Under the pieces are notes generated by a model, which did no database searches, was not told the origin of the DNA, and worked only from the letters and a program-made list of their open reading frames with translations. The position numbers and the translations under genes were made by a program. Shown piece by piece: positions 1-14,479 of a stretch of 64,000 nt of DNA. The stretch's first letter is position 1; every line of letters starts with the position of its first letter. The stretch lies in contig QPGO01000042.1 of the NCBI GenBank assembly GCA_008632985.1, positions 310,001 to 374,000 on the forward strand, in the 5' to 3' direction. The stretch comes from Psammoneis japonica (taxonomy: Eukaryota).

Positions 1-291
1 GTGAAGGATCACTCGCCACTGATCCTCTTTCTTCTTTTCCTCCTCCGCTTTCGACTCAGTTCTGTCCTTTGTAATGGTAGAAACACCCTTCTTGGTTGAC
101 TTGGAGCGTTCTTTCGAGGACATGAAAAGAGCCGTAGAATGACTTCGGCCGGCTACAAGTTGATCCGATAAAGCGATCTCGGCATGAGACTGGTGCAATC
201 TGGTGGGCAACGGGACAACGACGGAGAATCCCATCGTGCAGCATGCTAGCATCAACAACTGCATCGTTGCGCACAATACAGCCTTCATCAT
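1..291 (-). CDS. Plastid-targeted ClpS-like N-degron adaptor, 5' part only (runs off the window)
   Basis: Manual translation from ATG at 291: MMKAVLCATMQLLMLACCTMG-FSVVVP...STALFMSSKE...EDQWRVILH. This gives a signal peptide with Phe at +1 and a transit peptide, then the start of a ClpS-type (Y/W)RVILHND motif. TA content is normal. Confidence 0.65.
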   Translation of the reverse strand, partial: MMKAVLCATMQLLMLACCTMGFSVVVPLPTRLHQSHAEIALSDQLVAGRSHSTALFMSSKERSKSTKKGVSTITKDRTESKAEEEKKKEDQWRVILH

Positions 292-834
292 TTTTTTCTT
301 CCTCGAAACTCAACAAAACTCAATATGGAATGAAACGAAAATACACGATATATCGAGAAACCAACGTGCGACGACAATTAATAGAACTAACGAAGCAGGT
401 TGTCGATGCTCGATGCAGATGCACGATGCACGCATCTGGATTTCCCCTTCAGAAGTAAGTGAAAAAAGCAGAAAACCTTCCACGTGTCGACAGGATGATT
501 GTTTATGCAGATCTGCACGCCTGGCCCGCCACCTCAATCAATCATCCTGAATGACTCATCATCAGGAACTAACGGGGGGCCGACCAGGATCGTTGCGTCT
601 CAAATTATCTCAAGAGTTCGTTGCAGCCAGGGGAATGTCTGCTTGGCCTTGCATGTGCTGGCAAAACAGAGGTGGCATGGATCGAATGGAAGAACCCCCT
701 TTGTTGTCAATGCCATTGTCACCTCCCTCGTTTTCTCTTTTTTTTTTTGCTGAAAGGACAACACTTGGAATTGAGGTTCTCAGTCACGTCAACAACTCTC
801 AACTCGCTCAAAGTGTTGGAACATCAGGGGAAAG

Positions 835-1024
835 TGTCAGCCTGCCCCATGCAGGGCACATGGGCAGACTGTGTGCAGACAATTGTCAGACCATTTTAGA
901 TGGAAGAGATGGCAATCTCTGTGAGATCTTCTTTCACTCTTTCTCACTGGTGCACGTGTTGTCCACTGTCGCTGGTTTGCAGGGAGCTCTTTAGTGTGTT
1001 GCTCATGCCATTGGCATCCTGACA
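835..1024 (+). repeat. 5' LTR of Copia element 1
   Basis: Direct repeat of 7684-7869 with TG...CA termini. Confidence 0.9.
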
Positions 1025-4000
1025 GGTTGTGGCCTTGCCAGGTTGCTTGTTCCTCTGCAACAAAAATCCCACTTTGATTCATTTGGTTTGTGAGCTCAAC
1101 AAGCCGGCTGCCATTTTTGATCCTGAGTCCGATTTTTTCCATCACAGGTTCTGCAAAACAGCACCGGGTTTTCTGCGCGTGCATGACCAACAAAAATTTT
1201 GTGCACCTCATCAACCATGGCACCCAACTCTTCCAAGAAACAGGCTTGTGATGGCATTGACAAAATGTCTGTGATCTTTGCTCCACACGGACGCAACGAT
1301 GATGCCAGCCGCGCCACTCAGGTCTTCAATGCCCTGTGCCGCAAAAAATCACAATCAATCTGGATCAATTTTTTGATGGTGCAAAATGCAAACCATGCAC
1401 AATCCAAGGACAACATTGTCGATCTGTTGAGAGAACACATCCTCCATGAACTTGTCCTGCCAGAAACCCTCAATCCCGCCAAAGAATCAACAGTCGCATC
1501 TCTCTTCAGGAAGGCTCCCCTCAAGGTTGACAGCCCCCAGAATCCTGCAAACTGGTCTCGCCTTTCCAGGCAGATGTTGGATCACAAAGTTCAGGATGCT
1601 CTCCAAGCCCGCCAATGATGTGTTGTCATGCCACTGCAACATCTGCTGCTTCAGGATCCATGGATGTGAAAGATTTGATTGATGCCCTGAACAACAACTG
1701 TGCAATGTCTCGAGCATCCCCCAAGACAGGATCTGGCACAACCACATCCTTGTCATCAAAATGTCTTTTCAACCCAGATGCTCTGTCTGAGGATGTTTGT
1801 GCTCATTTTGATTGGAATGCTTTGGGAAAAGTCATCCTCCAGAATTCTCTTGCAATGCACTCCAGTGGTCACATGCACCATCTGGATGGCACCAATTGTC
1901 TCCTCCTGGCAGACAGATCACTTTTCACCATGGAAACAACTCTGGACCACAAAGCATGACTCTGTGAACTGTCCTTGTGCCATGATGACACTCCACATGG
2001 CATGTGTCAATGGCATCTCAACTTTCAACAACATGCCGCCAATTGTGGGCATCACATGCACCTGCAGTGGGCTTTCCTCAGGCACCAACACACAGTGGAG
2101 ATCAAGATTCACCATTGAAAATGATCCCCATCATTGTCTCCCAAAATGCATGCATGCACACTGCATGGCATCCTCACACCCTGCACAAACTCTTGTGTTG
2201 TGCCGATGTGTTGCCCAAGAACAGCTGACTCCACCAAATCATTGCATCATGTCATGGCAATGGATGCATGGCTTTGAAGCAAATCCTTTTTCAAGTGCAT
2301 CCTGCTTTTTGTGAGGAAGCTGCAGTCCCAGCAGATTCATGCCCCAAACAAGGAAATCTGTTGGCAAATTGTTGCTTTGTTCCATTCAAGGATTTTTTGC
2401 AACTGGCAACTGCGCGCACACATCTTTGACACCAGCTCATCATTGGACGACCCTCGAGAAATGACTGTTTTTGTCCAGAACACCAAGTGCTCCAAATTTC
2501 TTGCCAGGATTGCCAGAAATGAATGTGGTTCTCTGGCTCACTCACACAAGCATGCCAAGAAACACATTGTTGAGAAGATCAGCACATTTTTGAGTCAGGC
2601 TGACAGCCCAACTTGCTCAGACAATTCTTCCAATTGCACCTGGAACCCATGCCAACAATGTGACCACCATCCGGACAACTCCTGTCATCCTTCAGCAAGT
2701 GTCAATGCTGTGGACTTCGCTGCCCCCTCACCCCATGATGATCACACCCCAGACATTGGAGTGGACAACCCACCACAAGTGCCGCTGATGTCACCCCAAC
2801 CAATGAAACATTTGATGACTTCTGTGATGAGCTGCACTTTCTTGAGGTTCCTTTGGATGACAATGTGACTGCATTTTGCATCACACTTGTTCGGCATTGG
2901 CATTCAAACTCAATGTTGCTCACACTGAAGCCACCAAATGTCTGTGTTTGGCATGTGCCAGGGATCATTCATTCAACGGTCCTTGTGAACAACCCACACA
3001 TCAAAGGTTTTCACATCCACTTTGGTCAATTTTTGAAACAAGAAGCTGCTCAATGTGCAGCCACTTTTGCTGGCCACCATGGTCTCCCACCCTGTGGACA
3101 GAATGGACAAGGAACCCCATCCACTGATTTTCTGGCATCAGATTTGCGCTGTCCATCTTCTCCGCTCAAGACACAACCAATGCAGGCAGGGCAACTGTGA
3201 AAGAGGGACTGACCATTTCATCACCTTCCACTGTTTCACCTCATTCTCCAGACGCTGGTTTGGACATGGACCTCATGTCCAAACCGGACCCACCCCCAAC
3301 CACCCCTGGCATCACAAATGACACTTTGCATCAGGATGAACAGGGGAGGGCAGAGGAGCATGTTGACTCACCTTTGGAACCTTTTGACCCTGAACACCAT
3401 GGCCCTGTTGACGACACTGTCTTTGCTGCCATTGACTCTGTCTGGATCACAACCAGTGACTCCTGGGCATCTCCGGAAATTTCTTGCGATGTCGATCAAG
3501 AATCCTTAAAAGTGAATGACACCCATTTTGAGACTGATGAACATTGTGCACAGTTTGACACTGGTGCTTGTGTCTCATGCACTGGTGACATTGATGTCTC
3601 ACACCAATGTCAAGTGTTTGCACCAGACAATCCTTGTCCACTCAAGGTCAACCTGGCTCTTGGTCAAGGTGCAATTCCACGTGGATTTGGACACTCAAGC
3701 ATGCCCACTGAAACAGCCTCCAGACATGTTGCTGTTCATGCTCACTGCCATCCACTGCTCTGATCCACCCTTGTTGATGAGTGTGCCTTCCACTCTTGCA
3801 ATGGTGGGTGCAAGCACAACTTTGCAGTTGATTGTCTTCTCAAACTTCATGACAGAGCTTCGTGCAAGCATGTTGTGAAACATCACCTTTGCTCCAGCCA
3901 TGATGTTGTCATCCATGGTCAACTGATCAATGGCAAATGTTTTTCTCATCCATTGATTCTTCCGGAATCAAACAAGCTGCTTGATGAATCCTTTCAAGAA

Positions 4001-7000
4001 CTCAAGGCTGATGATCAACTTTCACTGAGGAATGTGACACCCTTGTTGCCTGTGTGATTGACATGCACAAGATGAACCAGAAGGCTGCTTCAGACAACAA
4101 GATGAAGAAAATTCCCCATTGTTGCCAAGACATCCCTTTCACAATGTGCGTTGCTGACAACCAAGTGCCTGTGCGGGCACTCAAGCTGATGGTGAGTGAC
4201 CACTTTGGCACCAGCACCTTGGGCATCCCAGTGATCACCACCTTCCTCACACTCATGAACACATTGATGGCATTTCCAGGTTTGCCCATGGCACTTCTCA
4301 TTTGGACACTTGCCCCATGTGCATCCAGGCAAAGCAAACCAAGACACCTGCCGGCCCCAATTTCACAAGCACTGCCACCAAACCTTGTCAGGGCCTCAAC
4401 ATTGACTTTGCATTTTTGGGTGCAAAGCCCAAGAATGAGGATCGCAAGGTGGGCTGTGTTGGTCTCAGCAATGGCAAAACTTGTTGGGTCACCATCTATG
4501 ACCATTGCTCCCCACATCTCCATGGAACTGCTTGTGTCTCAAAGGCTGCACCCATCTCATGGCTTTGCCAATTTTTGAAGGACCATTTGCCAAATTGTCC
4601 TGACAAACATGTGTTTGTGGACCAAGGAGGCAAGTTGCACTCCAACCCTGCAGTTTGCAGACTGTTTCAACAACAACAATTTTAATTGTGCCCTTTGTCC
4701 CACCACTGGGACTGACACCTCCTGGCAGGTGGGCCCTGTTGAACGCAGTCCCTTGATGGTGCAGAATGCTGTCTGAGCCATGCTCATTGGCATCACTGAC
4801 TTTTCCATTAAATTTTGGCCACATGCTTTCCATCATTGCCTGCATGTCAAGAATGCCTTCCCTTCCAAGGATCAAGGTGTTGCCCTGATTGCCCTTGCCA
4901 CTGGCAAATGGGAAAATTTCTCTGTGCTCCACACTTGCCACATTTGGGCTCACAAGAATCATTGCCACCTTGCTGCCATGTGTGGCAACTTGGTTCTGGG
5001 AATCTTCCTTGGGCACATCCTGGACATGAAGCAAAATGTCATGTGGCATGATCCCACTGTGTCTCAAGTAAAAACAGACATGCATGTGTGGCATGATGAG
5101 GGCATGAATGACATCCCACACAATGCGACACCTCCCAATGTGGTTCATTTGCAACCAACACAGAATGGCAACCCTCTCCCTTTGGAACATGGTGAATCTG
5201 TGGTTGGTCAGTTTCATTTTTCTGCCAACCCCTTTGCCATCACCCTTGCATGCCATTTGAAGTGCACCCTGTCACCAGATGCAATGTTTGGCACAGAGGT
5301 CACAGCTGATGCACTCTTCAATCATGCTTGCTTCTCGGGCATGCAATGCAGCCATCAGTTCTGCATCTCATCAATTCTTGTCTCTGAAGGCTGCTTCAAA
5401 CAAGATGGTGGGTGCCTGCATTGTGTTGATTGATGGCATTGATGTTTTCATGTGTGAACCAGTTGTGGCTGAACTCCATCACCTTCATGACACTGACAAT
5501 CCCAACTTCAAAATCCTGTTTGCTCTTGAGCAATGTCTTGATTCAAAACAACTTCAATGGGCACTTGTGGAGCATGACATTTTTGCCCCTCTGGATGAGG
5601 ATCAAGAGCATGTCCCAAAGCTTGTCTTGGCCAATGCACACTCCATTGCTGCACTGCAATTCCCTGACATTGATTTCTTCTCTCTCAACAATGTGGATGC
5701 TCCCCTCTCCCCATTCATTGACCATGATGTTGGCGCTTTTAATCTTTTTGCTGTTTCTTTTCATGCTGTCACCCCTGAGGAGCAGGCTTTGGATGGGTGC
5801 ACTCATCGCCACCTCAAGAAGCCACCAACTTGGCCCCTTTGGTGCAATGGGGAATTTGAGCAATTTGATCAATTCCACACTCTCAGCATGTTTGGCACAC
5901 CGACACCCCATCCCAAGGATGCTGTTGTTCTTCATCCCCACTGGCAATGCAGTGTCAAGACTGACAGCACATGCCAGTCTTGCCACTGCTGTGATGGATC
6001 CTCTTGAGCAGCCCCTGTGTTGCACAGTCTGCAGCTCACATGCTCATCATGCATGGAGCAACCCATTCAACGTCTCTTGTCAGGTGTGCTCTGGTGATGC
6101 TCAAGATGTTTGTGCTCACTCACCACCTCCATCTGCACTGGTCCATCTTCAAATTGATGATGCCCATGCCGCGTGGGGGTGCTCAGATTGGTTCGCGTCA
6201 ATCTGGATCAGTCCATGGTCTTGCCTGTTTTGCATGCACTGAAGGGAGGACAGTCCCACCAGAATCCACCATTCTGTGGGAGAACCACATCTGTTCCATC
6301 CTCACAGACCCACAGCTGCTCTTTCCAAACACCACCCACAACCAGCGCATTTGCTCTGGTGCCTGCAATGGTGAGCAAATTCTCCTTCTCCATCAAGTCA
6401 ATGATTTTGCAATCACGTGCCCTGTGGAATCCTGTGCCATCAAGATTTTTGACACCATTGGTGCCTCTTTCCATTTGCCTGGTGAGGATGCCATCCCTTT
6501 CAAGCATTTGGGTCTCTGCATGCAGTTCAACAGTGTGGACATCCACCAACATGATGATTTGATCTTGTCTGCATGCCATGGACACATTGACTGAGTCTTC
6601 TGATTGCATGGTTGGCTGCAACCTGCTGCAGAAGAATTTGGTTCTGATTTCATGGTTGCTCCCCTTTCCATCTGCTCAACTCTCAATTGCACTCTGATGT
6701 GGGTCCTGTGGAAGGTGCACCCAAGCATCATGAATTGGCAGAAGCACAGGGTTTTGGGTGTCGCAGCACCCTCCTTGGTGAATTGTCACATGCTTGCATG
6801 ATGTTTGCCATGTCAACATTGGCTGCACCATCACTGCACTCTCCAAGTTCACGTTGCATCCACTGGCACCTGTCCATCATGTGGCATTAAAGGGCATTGC
6901 CAAGCACCTCTGGCACATGAAGTGCTGGGATGTCAACTGTCACAAGCCATCCAAGGATGCTTCTTTGCCGCCACACCCGTTTGAGTGACTCACCTCTGAT

Positions 7001-7683
7001 GACATCATACCTCCTTTTCTGAACCTGGACTCCCTGCATCAGCTGCATGCTTTTTTGGATGTGGCTTGTGGCAATGACCTTTGCAATTGTCACTTGACTG
7101 CTGGCCATGCATGTGTCTTGCCTGGCACTGCTGCTGCACATCAATGCAAGACACAGATGGTGCCCACCACCAGCTCAATGGAGGCAGAGTTCTGCACTGC
7201 TGGCTGTGTTGCCAAGCTTGTGTCGCATCTTCATTCAATTCTTCAAGAGCTTGGTTTCCCTCAAGATGGCCCAACCCCATTGTTTGTTGACAATGAACTG
7301 AACATCAAGATCATCAACAATTGTTCTGACCTGGCATGCTCAGCCACATTGACATCCAGTGGTTTGCTCTCCAGGACTGGAAGGATGCCAGCCATGATGT
7401 CACATGACATGTTCCTGGCATTGTCAACCTGAGTGATGATGACCTTGCCAAGGTTCTTGGCTTGATGCTCCATGCCTGCCATGCCCATCAGATGATGGGA
7501 CATTTTGCTGATTTGTTGTTGCTGGAATCTGCAGAATTGCCCTCATTGTTTTGTGTTGCCTGACTCCTCCCAAGAGTCATCTGATCTTTTTTCTGTGTCC
7601 CTTTGGTTGATTGTTTTGTCTTCCCTTTTTCTTGTTTGGTGATCTGCATTGTCTTTTTTGAGACATGTTAGATCAGGGGAGGG

Positions 7684-7869
7684 TGTCAGCCTGCCCAACA
7701 CAGGGCACATGGGCAGATTGTGTGCGGACAATTGTCAAACCATTTTAGACAGACAAGATGATCTCTGTGAGATCTTTGCTCACTCTTTCTTGCTGGCACA
7801 TGTGTCATCCACTGTGCCAGTTTGCAGGGAGCTCTTCAGCATGTTGCCCATGCCATCGGCATCCTGACA
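7684..7869 (+). repeat. 3' LTR of Copia element 1
   Basis: Direct repeat of 835-1024, preceded by a purine tract. Confidence 0.9.
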
Positions 7870-7899
7870 GAAAGCTGAAATCCACAACATGACACACCA

Positions 7900-8500
7900 C
7901 TCAACACATCACAATGGCACACCACAAGAGCACCAAGCAGATGTTCCATGGTGCCCATGAAACTCAATGTAGACAGCTGTGATCACCTCCCTGAATGAGG
8001 ACAATGGCATCCACCTGACCCCTTTTGCCATTGACCATCTTGGTGCCCCTGGGCACTTTGCTCACCACCTCCTCTTTGGAGCCAACCAAGACTGCCCCGC
8101 ACCAGCCCCGCTGGCCCCACCCTGAGTGCCTGCATCTTTCAACACCCATCAGCACACTGCCTGCACCAGTGCCCAACTGTCCCCATCTGGTCTGCCCCCT
8201 GTTGCCAGTGCAGCCACCTGGACTACACCACTTCCGCCCACTTCAGGCCTCACCTCTCACACCACCACTCCCACACAATGGGCTCCACAAAGCCTCAGCT
8301 TGCCATCACCAAGTCCCTTGCCAACCAACCACTCCAATGTTCCACCAAACTGCACACCCAATTTGCCACTCCATCTCTGTGAACCCACCTGAGCCCCACC
8401 TGCACAGTGCTGTTTCACCCCACTGCACCGCATGTTGCTCACACTGCACCACTGGGTGCCACTGAAATGCTCAACACAACAGCACTGCTTGCATGTCATC
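7900..8500 (+). pseudogene. Possible C-terminal remnant of a restriction-like-endonuclease (CRE/R2-type) non-LTR element
   Basis: Manual translation ~7980-8080 gives VITSLNEDNGIHLTPFAIDHLGAPGHFAHHLLFG, resembling the PF(T/S)(V/I)D..GG.G...F end of REL domains. TA-depleted. Confidence 0.3.
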
Positions 8501-8799
8501 AATTGTGTGTCTGGCACTCCTCTTGCCAAGCAATGCAAGCACTGCACAGAGATGGACAGAGAGAGCAAGGTGTGTGCCATTTTGTTTGAATTTGTGCTGG
8601 TTGCTTGTGCTTTTGTCAGAACACAAATCCACTTTGCCAGTGTGATTGTCGCACAATTTGTGGTTGCCATTTTACAGTTTGCAGTGGTGGCATGGTGGTC
8701 ACCATGATGTGGTTGCTTCCACAATGTGGCAGCTGCCAGCCATGATGTGGTGACCGCAACATTTTCTTCTCTCACAACAACTGCACTTGTTCTTGCTTG

Positions 8800-11720
8800 C
8801 TTTGTTTTTCTTTGCCAAAGGATGATGGACCCAAGCTCTGCACATGATGGAATCAAGGAGCAAGTGCTGCAAATTCAGATGTGTGAAGAGGAGGACCCCT
8901 TTTTGTGGATGGGATTGACACTCATGACTTTGTGCCTTTTCACAAGCATGATCATTCTCTGAAAAAGTTTCCAGTGGTTCCAGGCACAGATTCCCTCCCA
9001 CACCCAATGGGACAACCAAAAGCAAATCAATCAATCAACCAACTCAATGATTGTCTGTCAAACCCAGTGCACCCTGTGGGCTTTTAGCCACCTGGGTGCA
9101 AGACTCCCCAGAGAGGCATGCTCCACACCACCATCCAAAAGGGAAAATTTGTTTGAGCAAGGCAAACTCAACAAAGAGTTGAGGAGCATGCTGCAAGTCA
9201 TTCTGCCATGGTGAGGCCCTGATGTGGGATGCTGCACTGTCCATTTTCAACAGAACAGGTCACCAGTGCCACTGATGAAATGAGAAAGCCTGAAATCTGG
9301 CACAACTGTTCCAAGTTGGAGGCAGAGTCCCTGGATGCTCTTGTCTCATCCTGTGGTTGACAATTGTGATGAGGTGGATGAGATGATGAATTGTGTGGTT
9401 GTTGGTGGGTTCCTTGATTGATTGGTGGCCTTGCTGCCACCCATTTGTGCAGCAGGGTTCTTTCTGCTTGCAGCTGCACTCTGATTCCCAGCAGCCCAGA
9501 CTGATGTTCCCAGGCACCAGTGGGCAATGTGCTCAATTTTGAAGTGCAGCCACAACAAAAACATGAAAGGACTCATTCTGTGTGGACCTCAATCATTGGG
9601 AGGAGGTTTCAGGCCATCAGATGTTGAGCAAGGCCTGGCACAAAATGACTCATTTTGCACAAACCTGAATTGCTGGGAGGAGGTTTGGGCCAACAGACAT
9701 CGAGCAAGGCCTGGCACAAAATGACTCATTCTGCACAAACCCCAATTGCTTGGAGGAGGTTTCAGATTCTCAGATGTTGAACAAGGCCTGGCACATGTGC
9801 TGCAGCTCTCATCCAGTGATCAACTGCAAGTTCCTTGGAGGATGTGCATGCTCCTCACCCTTGTTGCCAATTTTTGTGGTTCTCCTTGGTTCATTCCTTC
9901 CTGCATCAGACAGGTGGAAAAATTGTTCTGTCTGACAATGAAGGGCTTCCCCTCAATGGGACAATGATCAACACCTGATTGACGTCACTCTGGGATCTGC
10001 TCTGTTTTCTTCCCTGGAGATTCAATGGATCAACTGCTGTTGGTTGCATCTCCAAGTCCTTGCCATCTCCAACATCACTCTCTTGCCTGCAGCTTGGAGC
10101 TGGATGAATTCAAGATTTGTGGTGACCCCACTTTCTTGAGTGGTGCTGGCAAGCTCAACAATTTCAAGCAGGAAAAGCCATGCCACCAGCCTTGGAGCCC
10201 TTGGATGTGTTTGTGCAAACATCTGTGCAACCCTGATTCTGCCAAGATGCGCACCCATCCAGGCAACTGGCTTGTTCGACCCTCCCAGATGTGCACGCAG
10301 GCTGCAGCATGCTTCTCCATGACAGAAGAACACCTGGGTGGTGTTTGGCCACCAATGGGCTGTGACACATTTCTGGTCAACAAAGACATGTCAGAGTTGA
10401 TTGACCAGATGGAGACTGTTCCTGAACCATCAGATGATTCTTTCCCAGCAGAATTTGGTGCCACACTGGATGGCAATTGGAGGATCACCCAACACATCCT
10501 TCAAGACTTGCCCTTGAAGCTCCCCTGACTCTTCCTCATTTGTTTCAAAGGCATTTGAACAAGGCTCTGCCTTCTCAGGAATCTGCTCTTTTCTTGGATC
10601 TTGTGGTCCATGTTTCCCTCCAAGACTTGGTTGACTGTGTGGTTGCCAGGAGCTGCACAACTTCTGGAAGTGATGGATCTGTGCATCTTCAGAGAGCAAC
10701 CTTTGGATGGACAATTGCAGTCAACAGTTCCCTGTTGGTGGATTGTGCCAGTCCTGTGTTTGCACACACCCCAGCTGTTGTCACACCACACAGAAGCACA
10801 CAGAGTCATTTCCCTCTTGGGTTTTGTCTTTTGTGTTTTAGAACACTGCTGCATCACAAGATGCAAAAGAGGGGACAAATGGTGCAATGACAAGGTTCTG
10901 GTGAATGTCCTTCATCAGTTGTGCATTTCAAGGCCTGCCACCAACCCTCTCAGCCAGTCAAATCCTGAGAAAGATTTTCAACTCCAGCACTCTGTCTTCA
11001 GATTGGGGATGTCATCAACAAAACTCACCAGACATCCATTGACATTGAATCCACAATTGGCTCATTGCCCCTTGGACAGGTTCCAACAACCACTTGGTGC
11101 AATGGACACCAAGATCAGCACGCACCTGTTGCATCTCTTCCCCTCAATGCACAAGCTGATGACATGCCAACAGACAAGTTGGCAGGTCAATGTCAAGGTC
11201 AATTCATGTTGAACACAACACAAGTTTTGCAGTTCCCACATTGCCAACCACATCACAGGTTCTCTGATGACGGTGAAATCACAGCTTCTCTGATGATGGT
11301 GAGATCACAGCTGGCCTGAAATCTGCCATTTGACATGCAGCCATGGCCCCTGCCCTTTTGTGGTGTGCGTGCCAGAGCAAAATGGATGGGACAAATCCCT
11401 GATCAATGCGATTGATTGGAAAGTGCATGCTGCCCTTGTTCAATGATTCTATAAAAAGCTAGCGTCTCTGTTTGAGTTGATCCATGACATCCTTCAAGTC
11501 AATGAGATTGTCCACCAATGCAATCCAGTGCAGCCCAACTTCTGTCATGCTTGTGAGCATCCAATGGAAGACAGAGATCACATGCTCAAATGTTCTCACA
11601 ACAAAGGCTGGTGCCATGCCTTTGCACAGGGCCTCCACAAGTGTTGTGATGAGTTCAACACCATGGCATGGCCATGTGACCAAATGATTCATGAATTGGA
11701 CAAATGCCCCATGCTGGCAC
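8800..11720 (+). mobile_element. Decayed LINE-like non-LTR retrotransposon (RT C-terminus, RNase H-like region, C-terminal CCHC finger)
   Basis: Motifs ILCGPQSLGGGFR..VEQG (~9575), SDGSVHLQRATFGW (~10670) and CHACEHPMEDRDHMLKC (~11545). Confidence 0.55.
9571..9795 (+). repeat. Three tandem ~76-bp copies inside the LINE remnant
   Basis: gactcatt...ggaggaggttt...caaggcctggcaca occurs three times in tandem. Confidence 0.8.
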
Positions 11721-12249
11721 AAGGCAGCTTTGGCAAGATGACAGACAGAAAATGTTGCAGTGAAAGATCACAGACAACTGGCAGTGATGTCATGAACTTG
11801 CACTTGCAAATTCTCCATGAACATGGGTTTCATGCTCACTTTTCAGCTTCTGTGGCACCAGGACAACACAGTGATGTGGTGACAGTGTTGGAGATGTGTT
11901 TGCAGTCCATGCAGCAAGTCTGGGTGTTGACGAGACTTGTGTGGGATGGTGGTTGGTGGGCCACAAAAAGTTTTGAGGGACACAGAAGTTTTCTAAAAAG
12001 GGGAGGCTGGGAGGAAGTCAAGAGAGGAATCCAAGGGAAGCCTGGGAAGTCAAGAGGAATCCAAGACTTGGTTGGTGTGACTGATTGTGGCACCCAAGCT
12101 TGCTGAGCTGACAAAAGTCATTGTGAATTTTGTTGTTCTGGCCAAAGGAGTGAATGGACAAGAATTTGTTGCTCTGGCCAAAGCAGCGGCTGGCAAAAAA
12201 ATGGTCTCTGGAGGGCCTTGCTGAGAGAAAGCTGTGAGGGTCCACTGAT

Positions 12250-13130
12250 TTGAAACAGCGGGTGTGTGGTGAGACACCATTGCCAAGTTGGGTTGATGCA
12301 TGCCAACTGGTGCATGGAAGCCATGCAGAAAACAAAAGCATGCATGTCGAAAGAGGGTTTGGGCTGGAGATGCAGGCAATGGTGTCTCTGATGCAAGAGA
12401 ACAAAGTGGAGCAGCCTGAGTGTCCATCAGGTGCAATCAGGTTGGAGAAGAAGGACAGTGCAGTCTGGGAGAAGGCACCAAAGGCATTCAACACAATGAC
12501 GGGACAATGCACAAAGACAGTCCATCACAAGGTTGAAGGAGCGACAGAGTTCACAAGGGTCACGAAGAAGTTGCACATGGCAGCACTTTGTTGGAGTCAA
12601 GTCAATCTTGTTTGGTGCAAATGAGAGAATCCACCCACATGCTCAGGCTGTCAAGGCTTGGAAGCAATTGGCACTCATTCATCAGGACAAAGGAGAGGTG
12701 CTTCAAGATTGTTGCGGTCAGTTCACAAGTGTTGTTGAGATGATGGAAGGGTCTTGCAGCAGAGTTGTCTGAGAGGAACTCACCAAGAAAAAAGATGGAT
12801 TCAACAAGGGAGCTGATGATGCCCAGAAGAAAGAGAGGGACAAGTTGTCAGCTGTGTTGCAGGTGGTGGAAGGTGGATGCCAAAAGCAATGTTGGTGCAT
12901 CCTGAAGGATCTGCGCTGGCAGTTCTCACTGGGGGTTGACAATTGCCCCAAGTCAGCCAAGGAGGCACTGCACAGGTTTTGGACATGTGCGGGGCTGACA
13001 CGAAACCCAATTGTGCAAGTTTTGCACAATGCAAGAAGAGAAAGATTAAATCATAGAAATGTGACAAGGCTGGGGGCATGTGAAGAAGAACTGTCCTTTG
13101 CTCAATGATGATGACAATCATTTGGTGGCA
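12250..13130 (+). pseudogene. Decayed Copia-type gag fragment
   Basis: AFNTMTGQCTKTVHHKVEG and GVDNCPKSAKEA resemble diatom Copia gag motifs; frameshifted and TA-depleted. Confidence 0.45.
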
Positions 13131-13156
13131 GAGTTGGATGAAGTGAGCCATGGGTC

Positions 13157-13345
13157 TGTCAGAATGCCAGCGGCATGACTGACACAACAAGGAGCTTCCT
13201 GCAAACCAGCAACAGTGGACAACATGTGTGCCAACAAGAAAGAGTGAGAGAAGATCTCAGAGAGATCATTCTGTCTGTCTGAAAAGTGTCTGACTGTCAT
13301 CCACACACAGTCTGCCCATGCACCCTGTGCCAAGCAGGCTGATGA
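13157..13345 (-). repeat. Isolated inverted LTR of the Copia-1 family; homology extends through the PPT to ~13374
   Basis: Reverse complement matches 835-1024 and 7684-7869 (cagcctgc..cagggtgcatgggcagactgtgtg..ggcattctgaca). Confidence 0.85.
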
Positions 13346-14479
13346 CTCCCTTCCCTGATTTGACATGTCCAACAACAGAGGTTGTCAAGGAGCAAGTCCT
13401 CATGGCCAATCTCATTGGCAATGCAGCCACTGCAATGTGGCATCAATTGTCCACGCCATCAAATGAGTTTTCTGTTGCCAAAGTCTTGGCTGCAGCTGCC
13501 ATTCATGCGGCCCAGGTTCTGGAGCATCAGGCATGTGAAGAATGTTCTCTAACAAGCAAATTGGTGCCTGCACTTTGACAAGCGCAGCTTCCAAAAATGA
13601 CCCTCTGCAATCTTTGGCAAGAGACAAAACTGGTGCAATTGCAGTGCAACAAGGAAGAGCTGCACAGACAGCAGAGACACAATTTGGCATTGACCAGCAG
13701 AAACCTGCTGCCACAGACAAAACAGAGTGCAGTGTGCAAGCACAGACCAAAACCAAAATGCAAAATTGAGTCACAACCATGTCTGTCTGTGCCCCCCCCC
13801 TGCCCTGACCCTGACCAGACCAGCGACAGACTGGTGAGATGAAGTCGGGGTTTGGGACTGACCAATTTCAAAATGACCAAATTCACAAGCAGTCTTTGCA
13901 CACAAAATGGCATCCAGTGACTTTCAAAGGTTTTGGAACTTCATGAAAATTCCTGTTCAAACTGATGCAGAACATGCCAAATTCTGTGTTGCCTTGGTGT
14001 CATTTTTGGGTTGGGATTCCATTGTCTCCTGAACAATTGATTGGCTGTTTTTCCATTTTGAGGTCATCAAAATCAAATGTTTGAACATCAGTTGCTCTTG
14101 TCTTTCAATTGTTCATCTTTGCAGCACTTCTTTTCCATTGACATGATGGATTTTTGGATTTTGTGCTTTTTGCATGCACGCACTCACTTTCAAACCAGGA
14201 GCAGTGGCTGCACAAAAACAACTCAACCCTGCCTTGTTTCCGTGCCTGATGAGGACAATCACATGATGCAAGCCCAGATCATTGTTGCATGTTAAAAAAG
14301 TCACTGTCCAGTGCTTGCAATTTTTGGCTGCAATGCCTTGCATGGTCATTTGCAGCAGGAGCCTGACACCAGCCCCCCTTGTTCTTTAAGCCCTCTTGTG
14401 CTCCTGAAGTGACCAAGGAACTCATTCAATGCCAACAACATGCCCTTCATTTTCCTGCCATCAAGCTTCTTTCTAAGAC

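Larger units (their letters stand above)
835..7869 (+). mobile_element. Full-length, heavily decayed Ty1/Copia LTR retrotransposon
   Basis: LTRs 835-1024 and 7684-7869 with TGTCAG...CTGACA ends; GAAAG on both flanks (830-834, 7870-7874); copia-type PBS remnant ggttgtggcc; PPT tcaggggaggg. Domain remnants in Copia order: protease (AQFDTGA ~3550), integrase (CPMCIQAK..NIDF..VDQGGKL 4302-4685), RT (~5800-6600), RNase H (MDVACGND..SSMEAEF..LFVDN 7055-7500). Confidence 0.9.
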
